A program made the position numbers and the translations under genes. Positions 45,901 to 57,900 of a stretch of DNA of 64,000 nucleotides are shown here, in pieces; within the stretch, counting starts at the first letter, position 1, and every line of letters begins with the position of its first letter. The notes beneath the pieces are model-generated. The model was not told the DNA's origin and ran no database searches. It was given only the letters and a program-made list of their open reading frames with translations. The DNA lies in NCBI GenBank assembly GCA_964016885.1, contig OZ024740.1, positions 307,334,001-307,398,000 on the forward strand, written 5' to 3'. The DNA comes from Eledone cirrhosa (taxonomy: Eukaryota).

Positions 45901-48900
45901 GGGGTTGTGGAGTGTTTGTGGTGTAGTGGAGGTAATGGTTGTAGCAGTGGCTGAAGGTGGGGGTTGTGGTGTGTTTGTGGTGGTGTAGTGGAGGTAATGG
46001 CTGTAGTAGTGGCTGAAGGTGGGGGCTGTGGAGTGTTTGTGGTGGTGTAGTGGAGGTAATGGTTGTAGCAGTGGCTGAAGGTGGGGGTTGTGGAGTGTTT
46101 GTGGTGTAGTGGAGGTAATGGTTGTAGCAGTGGCTGAAGGTGGGGGTTGTGGAGTGTTGGTGGTGTAGTGGAGGTAATGGTTGTAGTAGTGGCTGAAGGT
46201 GGGGGCTGTGGAGTGTTTGTGGTGTAGTGGAGGTAATGGTTGTAGCAGTGGCTGAAGGTGGGGGTTGTGGAGTGTTGGTGGTGTAGTGGAGGTAATGGCT
46301 GTAGCAGTGGCTGAAGGTGGGGGGTTCTGGAGTGTTGGTGGTGTAGTGGAGGTAATGGTTGTAGCAGTGGCTGAAGGTGGGGGTTGTGGAGTGTTGGTGG
46401 TGTAGTGGAGGTAATGGCTGTAGCAGTGGCTGAAGGTGGGGGGTTCTGGAGTGTTGGTGGTGTAGTGGAGGTAATGGTTGTAGCAGTGGCTGAAGGTGGG
46501 GGTTGTGGAGTGTTTGTGGTGTAGTGGAGGTAATGGTTGTAGCAGTGGCTGAAGGTGGGGGTTGTGGAGTGTTGGTGGTGTAGTGGAGGTAATGGCTGTA
46601 GCAGTGGCTGAAGGTGGGGGGTTCTGGAGTGTTGGTGGTGTAGTGGAGGTAATGGTTGTAGCAGTGGCTGAAGGTGGGGGTTGTGGAGTGTTTGTGGTGT
46701 AGTGGAGGTAATGGTTGTAGCAGTGGCTGAAGGTGGGGGTTGTGGAGTGTTGGTGGTGTAGTGGAGGTAATGGTTGTAGCAGTGGCTGAAGGTGGGGGTT
46801 GTGGAGTGTTGGTGGTGTAGTGGAGGTAATGGTTGTAGCAGTGGCTGAAGGTGGGGGTTGTGGAGTGTTGGTGGTGTAGTGGAGGTAATGGCTGTAGCAG
46901 TGGCTGAAGGTGGGGGTTGTGGAGTGTTTGTGGTGTAGTGGAGGTAATGGTTGTAGCAGTGGCTGAAGGTGGGGGTTGTGGAGTGTTGGTGGTGTAGTGG
47001 AGGTAATGGTTGTAGCAGTGGCTGAAGGTGGGGGTTGTGGAGTGTTGGTGGTGTAGTGGAGGTAATGGCTGTAGCAGTGGCTGAAGGTGGGGGGTTCTGG
47101 AGTGTTGGTGGTGTAGTGGAGGTAATGGTTGTAGCAGTGGCTGAAGGTGGGGGGTTGTGGTGTGTTGGTGGTGTAGTGGAGGTAATGGTTGTAGCAGTGG
47201 CTGAAGGTGGGGGTTGTGGAGTGTTGGTGGTGTAGTGGAGGTAATGGTTGTAGCAGTGGCTGAAGGTGGGGGTTGTGGAGTGTTGGTGGTGTAGTGGAGG
47301 TAATGGCTGTAGCAGTGGCTGAAGGTGGGGGTTGTGGAGTGTTTGTGGTGTAGTGGAGGTAATGGTTGTAGCAGTGGCTGAAGGTGGGGGTTGTGGAGTG
47401 TTGGTGGTGTAGTGGAGGTAATGGTTGTAGCAGTGGCTGAAGGTGGGGGTTGTGGAGTGTTGGTGGTGTAGTGGAGGTAATGGCTGTAGCAGTGGCTGAA
47501 GGTGGGGGGTTCTGGAGTGTTGGTGGTGTAGTGGAGGTAATGGTTGTAGCAGTGGCTGAAGGTGGGGGGTTGTGGTGTGTTGGTGGTGTAGTGGAGGTAA
47601 TGGTTGTAGCAGTGGCTGAAGGTGGGGGTTGTGGAGTGTTGGTGGTGTAGTGGAGGTAATGGTTGTAGCAGTGGCTGAAGGTGGGGGGTTCTGGAGTGTT
47701 GGTGGTGTAGTGGAGGTAATGGTTGTAGCAGTGGCTGAAGGTGGGGGGTTCTGGAGTGTTGGTGGTGTAGTGGAGGTAATGGTTGTAGCAGTGGCTGAAG
47801 GTGGGGGTTGTGGAGTGTTTGTGGTGTAGTGGAGGTAATGGTTGTAGCAGTGGCTGAAGGTGGGGGTTGTGGAGTGTTTGTGGTGTAGTGGAGGTAATGG
47901 CTGTAGCAGTGGCTGAAGGTGGGGGTTGTGGAGTGTTGGTGGTGTAGTGGAGGTAATGGTTGTAGCAGTGGCTGAAGGTGGGGGTTGTGGAGTGTTGGTG
48001 GTGTAGTGGAGGTAATGGTTGTAGCAGTGGCTGAAGGTGGGGGTTGTGGAGTGTTGGTGGTGTAGTGGAGGTAATGGCTGTAGCAGTGGCTGAAGGTGGG
48101 GGGTTCTGGAGTGTTGGTGGTGTAGTGGAGGTAATGGTTGTAGCAGTGGCTGAAGGTGGGGGGTTGTGGTGTGTTGGTGGTGTAGTGGAGGTAATGGTTG
48201 TAGCAGTGGCTGAAGGTGGGGGTTGTGGAGTGTTGGTGGTGTAGTGGAGGTAATGGTTGTAGCAGTGGCTGAAGGTGGGGGGTTCTGGAGTGTTGGTGGT
48301 GTAGTGGAGGTAATGGTTGTAGCAGTGGCTGAAGGTGGGGGGTTCTGGAGTGTTGGTGGTGTAGTGGAGGTAATGGTTGTAGCAGTGGCTGAAGGTGGGG
48401 GTTGTGGAGTGTTTGTGGTGTAGTGGAGGTAATGGTTGTAGCAGTGGCTGAAGGTGGGGGTTGTGGAGTGTTTGTGGTGTAGTGGAGGTAATGGCTGTAG
48501 CAGTGGCTGAAGGTGGGGGTTGTGGAGTGTTGGTGGTGTAGTGGAGGTAATGGTTGTAGCAGTGGCTGAAGGTGGGGGTTGTGGAGTGTTGGTGGTGTAG
48601 TGGAGGTAATGGTTGTAGCAGTGGCTGAAGGTGGGGGTTGTGGAGTGTTGGTGGTGTAGTGGAGGTAATGGCTGTAGCAGTGGCTGAAGGTGGGGGGTTG
48701 TGGAGTGTTGGTGGTGTAGTGGAGGTAATGGTTGTAGCAGTGGCTGAAGGTGGGGGGTTCTGGAGTGTTGGTGGTGTAGTGGAGGTAATGGTTGTAGCAG
48801 TGGCTGAAGGTGGGGGTTGTGGAGTGTTGGTGGTGTAGTGGAGGTAATGGTTGTAGCAGTGGCTGAAGGTGGGGGTTGTGGAGTGTTGGTGGTGTAGTGG

Positions 48901-51900
48901 AGGTAATGGTTGTAGCAGTGGCTGAAGGTGGGGGTTGTGGAGTGTTGGTGGTGTAGTGGAGGTAATGGCTGTAGCAGTGGCTGAAGGTGGGGGGTTCTGG
49001 AGTGTTGGTGGTGTAGTGGAGGTAATGGTTGTAGCAGTGGCTGAAGGTGGGGGGTTCTGGAGTGTTGGTGGTGTAGTGGAGGTAATGGTTGTAGCAGTGG
49101 CTGAAGGTGGGGGTTGTGGAGTGTTGGTGGTGTAGTGGAGGTAATGGTTGTAGCAGTGGCTGAAGGTGGGGGTTGTGGAGTGTTGGTGGTGTAGTGGAGG
49201 TAATGGTTGTAGCAGTGGCTGAAGGTGGGGGGTTCTGGAGTGTTGGTGGTGTAGTGGAGGTAATGGTTGTAGCAGTGGCTGAAGGTGGGGGTTGTGGAGT
49301 GTTTGTGGTGTAGTGGAGGTAATGGCTGTAGCAGTGGCTGAAGGTGGGGGTTGTGGAGTGTTGGTGGTGTAGTGGAGGTAATGGTTGTAGTAGTAGATGA
49401 AGGTGGGGGCTGTGGAGTGTTGGTGGTGGTGTAGTGGAGGTAATGTTTGTAGTAGTAGATGAAGGTGGGGGTTGTGGAGTGTTGGTGGTGAAGTGGAGGT
49501 AATGTTTGTAGTAGTAGATGAAGGTGGCGGTTGTGGAGTGTTGGTGGTGTAGTGGAGGTAATGGTTGTAGCAGTGGCTGAAAATGGGGGTTGTGGAGTGT
49601 TGGTGGTGGTGTAGTGGAGGTAATGGTTGTAGCAGTGGCTCAAGGTGGGGGTTGTGGAGTGTTGGTGGTGTAGTGGAGGTAATGGTTGTAGCAGTGGCTC
49701 AAGGTGGGGGTTGTGGAGTGTTGGTGGTGTAGTGGAGGTAATGGTTGTAGCAGTGGCTGAAGGTGGGGGTTGTGGAGTGTTGGTGGTGTAGTGGAGGTAA
49801 TGGTTGTAGCAGTAGATGAAGGTGGGGGTTGTGGAGTGTTGGTGGTGTAGTGGAGGTAATGGTTGTAGCAGTGGCTGAAGGTGGGGGTTGTGGAGTGTTG
49901 GTGGTGTAGTGGAGGTAATGTTTGTAGTAGTAGATGAAGGTGGGGGTTGTGGAGTGTTGGTGGTGGTGTAGTGGAGGTAATGTTTGTAGTAGTAGATGAA
50001 GGTGGGGGTTGTGGAGTGTTGGTGGTGTAGTGGAGGTAATGGTTGTAGTAGTGGCTGAAGGTGGGGGTTGTGGAGTGTTGGTGGTGTAGTGGAGGTAATG
50101 GCTGTAGCAGTGGCTGAAGGTGGGGGTTGTGGAGTGTTTGTGGTGTAGTGGAGGTAATGGCTGTAGCAGTGGCTGAAGGTGGGGGTTGTGGCGTGTTGGT
50201 GGTGTAGTGGAGGTAATGGTTGTAGCAGTGGCTGAAGGTGGGGGTTGTGGAGTGTTGGTGGTGTAGTGGAGGTAATGGCTGTAGCAGTGGCTGAAGGTGG
50301 GGGTTGTGGAGTGTTGGTGGTGTAGTGGAGGTAATGGCTGTAGCAGTGGCTGAAGGTGTGGGTTGTGGATTGTTTGTGGTGGTGTAGTGGAGGTAATGGT
50401 TGTAGCAGTGGCTGAAGGTGGGGGTTGTGGAGTGTTGGTGGTGTAGTGGAGGTAATGGTTGTAGCAGTGGCTGAAAATGGGGGTTGTGGAGTGTTGGTGG
50501 TGGTGTAGTGGAGGTAATGGTTGTAGCAGTGGCTGAAGGTGGGGGTTGTGGAGTGTTGGTGGTGTAGTGGAGGTAATGGTTGTAGCAGTGGCTCAAGGTG
50601 GGGGTTGTGGAGTGTTGGTGGTGTAGTGGAGGTAATGGTTGTAGCAGTGGCTGAAGGTGGGGGTTGTGGAGTGTTGGTGGTGTAGTGGAGGTAATGGTTG
50701 TAGCAGTGGCTGAAGGTGGGGGTTGTGGAGTGTTGGTGGTGTAGTGGAGGTAATGTTTGTAGTAGTAGATGAAGGTGGGGGTTGTGGAGTGTTGGTGGTG
50801 GTGTAGTGGAGGTAATGTTTGTAGTAGTAGATGAAGGTGGGGGTTGTGGAGTGTTGGTGGTGTAGTGGAGGTAATGGTTGTAGCAGTGGCTGAAGGTGGG
50901 GGTTGTGGAGTGTTGGTGGTGTAGTGGAGGTAATGGTTGTAGTAGTGGCTGAAGGTGGGGGTTGTGGAGTGTTGGTGGTGTAGTGGAGGTAATGGCTGTA
51001 GCAGTGGCTGAAGGTGGGGGTTGTGGAGTGTTTGTGGTGTAGTGGAGGTAATGGCTGTAGCAGTGGCTGAAGGTGGGGGTTGTGGCGTGTTGGTGGTGTA
51101 GTGGAGGTAATGGCTGTAGCAGTGTCTGAAGGTGGGGGTTGTGGAGTGTTGGTGGTGGTGTAGTGGAGGTAATGTTTGTAGTAGTAGATGAAGGTGGGGG
51201 CTGTGGATTGTTGGTGGTGTAGTGGAGGTAATGGCTGTAGCAGTGGCTGAAGGTGGGGGTTGTGGAGTGTTTGTGGTGTAGTGGAGGTAATGTTTGTAGT
51301 AGTAGATGAAGGTGGGGGGTTCTGGAGTGTTGGTGGTGTAGTGGAGGTAATGGTTGTAGCAGTGGCTGAAGGTGGGGGTTGTGGAGTGTTGGTGGTGTAG
51401 TGGAGGTAATGGCTGTAGCAGTGTCTGAAGGTGGGGGTTGTGGAGTGTTGGTGGTGGTGTAGTGGAGGTAATGGTTGTAGCAGTGGCTGAAGGTGGGGGT
51501 TGTGGAGTGTTTGTGGTGTAGTGGAGGTAATGGTTGTAGCAGTGGCTGAAGGTGGGGGTTGTGGAGTGTTGGTGGTGTAGTGGAGGTAATGTTTGTAGTA
51601 GTAGATGAAGGTGGGGGCTGTGGAGTGTTTGTGGTGTAGTGGAGGTAATGGCTGTAGCAGTGGCTGAAGGTGGGGGTTGTGGAGTGTTTGTGGTGTAGTG
51701 GAGGTAATGGTTGTAGCAGTGGCTGAAGGTGGGGGTTGTGGAGTGTTGGTGGTGTAGTGGAGGTAATGTTTGTAGTAGTAGATGAAGGTGGGGGGTTCTG
51801 GAGTGTTGGTGGTGTAGTGGAGGTAATGGTTGTAGCAGTGGCTGAAGGTGGGGGTTGTGGAGTGTTGGTGGTGTAGTGGAGGTAATGGCTGTAGCAGTGG

Positions 51901-54900
51901 CTGAAGGTGGGGGGTTCTGGAGTGTTTGTGGTGTAGTGGAGGTAATGGCTGTAGCAGTGGCTGAAGGTGGGGGTTGTGGTGTGTTGGTGGTGTAGTGGAG
52001 GTAATGGCTGTAGCAGTGGCTGAAGGTGGGGGTTGTGGAGTGTTGGTGGTATAGTGGAGGTAATGGCTGTAGCAGTAGATGAAGGTGGGGGTTGTGGAGT
52101 GTTTGTGGTATAGTGGAGGTAATGGCTGTAGCAGTGGCTGAAGGTGGGGGTTGTGGAGTGTTGGTGGTGTAGTGGAGGTAATGGTTGTAGCAGTGGCTGA
52201 AGGTGGGGGTTGTGGAGTGTTGGTGGTGTAGTGGAGGTAATGGTTGTAGTAGTAGATGAAGGTGGGGGGTTCTGGAGTGTTGGTGGTGTAGTGGAGGTAA
52301 TGGTTGTAGCAGTGGCTGAAGGTGGGGGTTGTGGAGTGTTGGTGGTATAGTGGAGGTAATGGCTGTAGCAGTGGCTGAAGGTGGGGGTTGTGGAGTGTTG
52401 GTGGTGTAGTGGAGGTAATGTTTGTAGTAGTAGATGAAGGTGGGGGGTTCTGGAGTGTTGGTGGTGTAGTGGAGGTAATGGTTGTAGCAGTGGCTGAAGG
52501 TGGGGGTTGTGGAGTGTTGGTGGTATAGTGGAGGTAATGGCTGTAGCAGTGGCTGAAGGTGGGGGTTGTGGAGTGTTGGTGGTGGTGTAGTGGAGGTAAT
52601 GTTTGTAGTAGTAGATGAAGGTGGGGGCTGTGGAGTGTTTGTGGTGTAGTGGAGGTAATGGTTGTAGCAGTGGCTGAAGGTGGGGGTTGTGGAGTGTTGG
52701 TGGTGGTGTAGTGGAGGTAATGGTTGTAGCAGTGGCTGAAGGTGGGGGTTGTGGAGTGTTGGTGGTGTAGTGGAGGTAATGGTTGTAGCAGTGGCTGAAG
52801 GTGGGGGTTGTGGAGTGTTGGTGGTGTAGTGGAGGTAATGGCTGTAGCAGTAGCTGAAGGTGGGGGTTGTGGAGTGTTGGTGGTGTAGTGGAGGTAATGG
52901 CTGTAGCAGTAGCTGAAGGTGGGGGTTGTGGAGTGTTGGTGGTGTAGTGGAGGTAATGGCTGTAGCAGTAGATGAAGGTGGGGGGTTGTGGAGTGTTGGT
53001 GGTGTAGTGGAGGTAATGGCTGTAGCAGTGGCTGAAGGTGGGGGTTGTGGAGTGTTGGTGGTATAGTGGAGGTAATGGCTGTAGCAGTAGATGAAGGTGG
53101 GGGTTGTGGAGTGTTTGTGGTATAGTGGAGGTAATGGCTGTAGCAGTGGCTGAAGGTGGGGGTTGTGGAGTGTTGGTGGTGTAGTGGAGGTAATGGTTGT
53201 AGCAGTGGCTGAAGGTGGGGGTTGTGGAGTGTTGGTGGTGTAGTGGAGGTAATGGTTGTAGCAGTGGCTGAAGGTGGGGGTTGTGGTGTGTTTGTGGTGT
53301 AGTGGAGGTAATGGCTGTAGCAGTGGCTGAAGGTGGGGGTTGTGGAGTGTTGGTGGTGGTGTAGTGGAGGTAATGGTTGTAGCAGTGGCTGAAGGTGGGG
53401 GGTTGTGGAGTGTTGGTGGTGGTGTAGTGGAGGTAATGGCTGTAGCAGTGGCTGAAGGTGGGGGTTGTGGGGTGTTGGTGGTGTAGTGGAGGTAATGGTT
53501 GTAGTAGTAGATGAAGGTGGGGGCTGTGGAGTGTTGGTGGTGGTGTAGTGGAGGTAATGTTTGTAGTAGTAGATGAAGGTGGGGGCTGTGGAGTGTTTGT
53601 GGTGTAGTGGAGGTAATGGTTGTAGCAGTGGCTGAAGGTGGGGGTTGTGGAGTGTTGGTGGTGTAGTGGAGGTAATGGTTGTAGCAGTGGCTCAAGGTGG
53701 GGGTTGTGGAGTGTTGGTGGTGTAGTGGAGGTAATGGTTGTAGCAGTGGCTGAAGGTGGGGGTTGTGGAGTGTTTGTGATGTAGTGGAGGTAATGGTTGT
53801 AGCAGTGGCTGAAGGTGGGGGTTGTGGAGTGTTGGTGGTGTAGTGGAGGTAATGGTTGTAGCAGTGGCTGAAGGTGGGGGTTGTGGAGTGTTGGTGGTGT
53901 AGTGGAGGTAATGTTTGTAGCAGTGGCTGAAGGTGGGGGTTGTGGAGTGTTGGTGGTGTAGTGGAGGTAATGGCTGTAGCAGTAGATGAAGGTGGGGGTT
54001 GTGGAGTGTTTGTGGTATAGTGGAGGTAATGGCTGTAGCAGTAGATGAAGGTGGGGGTTGTGGAGTGTTTGTGGTGTAGTGGAGGTAATGTTTGTAGCAG
54101 TGGCTGAAGGTGGGGGTTGTGGAGTGTTTGTGATGTAGTGGAGGTAATGGTTGTAGCAGTGGCTGAAGGTGGGGGTTGTGGAGTGTTGGTGGTGGTGTAG
54201 TGGAGGTAATGTTTGTAGCAGTGGCTGAAGGTGGGGGTTGTGGAGTGTTGGTGGTGTAGTGGAGGTAATGGTTGTAGCAGTGGCTGAAGGTGGGGGTTGT
54301 GGAGTGTTGGTGGTGTAGTGGAGGTAATGGTTGTAACAGTGGCTGAAGGTGGGGGTTGTGGAGTGTTGGTGGTGTAGTGGAGGTAATGGTTGTAGCAGTG
54401 GCTGAAGGTGGGGGTTGTGGAGTGTTGGTGGTGGTGTAGTGGAGGTAATGGTTGTAGCAGTGGCTGAAGGTGGGGGTTGTGGAGTGTTTGTGGTGTAGTG
54501 GAGGTAATGTTTGTAGTAGTAGATGAAGGTGGGGGTTGTGGAGTGTTTGTGGTGTAGTGGAGGTAATGGTTGTAGCAGTGGCTGAAGGTGGGGGTTGTGG
54601 AGGGTTGGTGGTGGTGTAGTGGAGGTAATGGTTGTAGCAGTGGCTGAAGGTGGGGGTTGTGGAGTGTTTGTGGTGTAGTGGAGGTAATGGTTGTAGCAGT
54701 GGCTGAAGGTGGGGGTTGTGGAGTGTTGGTGGTGGTGTAGTGGAGGTAATGGTTGTAGCAGTGGCTGAAGGTGGGGGTTGTGGAGTGTTTGTGGTGTAGT
54801 GGAGGTAATGGTTGTAGCAGTGGCTGAAGGTGGGGGTTGTGGAGTGTTGGTGGTGGTGTAGTGGAGGTAATGGTTGTAGCAGTGGCTGAAGGTGGGGGTT

Positions 54901-57900
54901 GTGGAGTGTTTGTGGTGTAGTGGAGGTAATGGTTGTAGCAGTGGCTGAAGGTGGGGGTTGTGGAGTGTTGGTGGTGGTGTAGTGGAGGTAATGGTTGTAG
55001 CAGTGGCTGAAGGTGGGGGTTGTGGAGTGTTTGTGGTGTAGTGGAGGTAATGGTTGTAGCAGTGGCTGAAGGTGGGGGTTGTGGAGTGTTGGTGGTGGTG
55101 TAGTGGAGGTAATGGTTGTAGCAGTGGCTGAAGGTGGGGGTTGTGGAGTGTTTGTGGTGTAGTGGAGGTAATGGTTGTAGCAGTGGCTGAAGGTGGGGGT
55201 TGTGGAGTGTTGGTGGTGGTGTAGTGGAGGTAATGGTTGTAGCAGTGGCTGAAGGTGGGGGTTGTGGAGTGTTTGTGGTGTAGTGGAGGTAATGGTTGTA
55301 GCAGTGGCTGAAGGTGGGGGTTGTGGAGTGTTGGTGGTGGTGTAGTGGAGGTAATGGTTGTAGCAGTGGCTGAAGGTGGGGGTTGTGGAGTGTTTGTGGT
55401 GTAGTGGAGGTAATGTTTGTAGTAGTAGATGAAGGTGGGGGTTGTGGAGTGTTTGTGGTGTAGTGGAGGTAATGGTTGTAGCAGTGGCTGAAGGTGGGGG
55501 TTGTGGAGTGTTTGTGGTGTAGTGGAGGTAATGGTTGTAGCAGTGGCTGAAGGTGGGGGTTGTGGAGTGTTGGTGGTGTAGTGGAGGTAATGGTTGTAGC
55601 AGTGGCTGAAGGTGGGGGTTGTGGAGTGTTGGTTGTGTAGTGGAGGTAATGGTTGTAGCAGTGGCTGAAGGTGGGGGTTGTGGAGTGTTGGTGGTGGTGT
55701 AGTGGAGGTAATGGTTGTAGCAGTGGCTGAAGGTGGGGGTTGTGGAGTGTTTGTGGTGTAGTGGAGGTAATGTTTGTAGTAGTAGATGAAGGTGGGGGTT
55801 GTGGGGTGTTTGTGGTGTAGTGGAGGTAATGGTTGTAGCAGTGGCTGAAGGTGGGGGTTGTGGAGTGTTTGTGGTGTAGTGGAGGTAATGGTTGTAGCAG
55901 TGGCTGAAGGTGGGGGTTGTGGAGTGTTGGTGGTGTAGTGGAGGTAATGGTTGTAGCAGTGGCTGAAGGTGGGGGTTGTGGAGTGTTGGTTGTGTAGTGG
56001 AGGTAATGGTTGTAGCAGTGGCTGAAGGTGGGGGTTGTGGAGTGTTGGTGGTGTAGTGGAGGTAATGGTTGTAGCAGTGGCTGAAGGTGGGGGTTGTGGA
56101 GTGTTTGTGGTGTAGTGGAGGTAATGGTTGTAGCAGTGGCTGAAGGTGGGGGTTGTGGAGTGTTGGTGGTGTAGTGGAGGTAATGGCTGTAGCAGTGGCT
56201 GAAGGTGGGGGTTGTGGAGTGTTGGTGGTGTAGTGGAGGTAATGGCTGTAGCAGTGGCTGAAGGTGGGGGTTGTGGAGTGTTGGTGGTGTAGTGGAGGTA
56301 ATGGCTGTAGCAGTGGCTGAAGGTGGGGGTTGTGGAGTGTTGGTGGTGTAGTGGAGGTAATGGTTGTAGCAGTGGCTGAAGGTGGGGGTTGTGGAGTGTT
56401 TGTGGTGTAGTGGAGGTAATGGTTGTAGCAGTGGCTGAAGGTGGGGGTTGTGGAGTGTTGGTGGTGTAGTGGAGGTAATGGTTGTAGCAGTGGCTGAAGG
56501 TGGGGGTTGTGGAGTGTTGGTGGTGTAGTGGAGGTAATGGTTGTAGTAGTGGCTGAAGGTGGGGGTTGTGGAGTGTTGGTGGTGTAGTGGAGGTAATGGT
56601 TGTAGCAGTGGCTGAAGGTGGGGGGTTCTGGAGTGTTGGTGGTGTAGTGGAGATAATGGTTGTAGCAGTGGCTGAAGGTGGGGGTTGTGGAGTGTTGGTG
56701 GTGTAGTGGAGGTAATGGTTGTAGCAGTGGCTGAAGGTGGGGGTTGTGGAGTGTTGGTGGTGTAGTGGAGGTAATGGTTGTAGCAGTGGCTGAAGGTGGG
56801 GGTTGTGGAGTGTTGGTGGTGTAGTGGAGGTAATGGTTGTAGCAGTGGCTGAAGGTGGGGGTTGTGGAGTGTTGGTGGTGTAGTGGAGGTAATGGTTGTA
56901 GCAGTGGCTGAAGGTGGGGGTTGTGGAGTGTTGGTGGTGTAGTGGAGGTAATGGTTGTAGCAGTGGCTGAAGGTGGGGGTTGTGGAGTGTTGGTGGTGTA
57001 GTGGAGGTAATGGCTGTAGCAGTGGCTGAAGGTGGGGGTTGTGGAGTGTTGGTGGTGTAGTGGAGGTAATGTTTGTAGTAGTAGATGAAGGTGGGGGGTT
57101 CTGGAGTGTTGGTGGTGTAGTGGAGGTAATGGTTGTAGCAGTGGCTGAAGGTGGGGGTTGTGGAGTGTTGGTGGTGTAGTGGAGGTAATGGTTGTAGCAG
57201 TGGCTGAAGGTGGGGGTTGTGGAGTGTTGGTGGTGTAGTGGAGGTAATGGTTGTAGCAGTGGCTGAAGGTGGGGGTTGTGGAGTGTTGGTGGTGGTGTAG
57301 TGGAGGTAATGGTTGTAGCAGTGGCTGAAGGTGGGGGTTGTGGAGTGTTGGTGGTGTAGTGGAGGTAATGGTTGTAGCAGTGGCTGAAGGTGGGGGTTGT
57401 GGAGTGTTGGTGGTGTAGTGGAGGTAATGGTTGTAGCAGTGGCTGAAGGTGGGGGTTGTGGAGTGTTGGTGGTGGTGTAGTGGAGGTAATGGTTGTAGCA
57501 GTGGCTGAAGGTGGGGGTTGTGGAGTGTTGGTGGTGTAGTGGAGGTAATGGTTGTAGCAGTGGCTGAAGGTGGGGGTTGTGGAGTGTTGGTGGTGTAGTG
57601 GAGGTAATGGTTGTAGCAGTGGCTGAAGGTGGGGGTTGTGGAGTGTTGGTGGTGGTGTAGTGGAGGTAATGGTTGTAGCAGTGGCTGAAGGTGGGGGTTG
57701 TGGAGTGTTGGTGGTGTAGTGGAGGTAATGGTTGTAGCAGTGGCTGAAGGTGGGGGTTGTGGAGTGTTGGTGGTGGTGTAGTGGAGGTAATGGTTGTAGC
57801 AGTGGCTGAAGGTGGGGGTTGTGGAGTGTTGGTGGTGTAGTGGAGGTAATGGTTGTAGCAGTGGCTGAAGGTGGGGGTTGTGGAGTGTTGGTGGTGTAGT

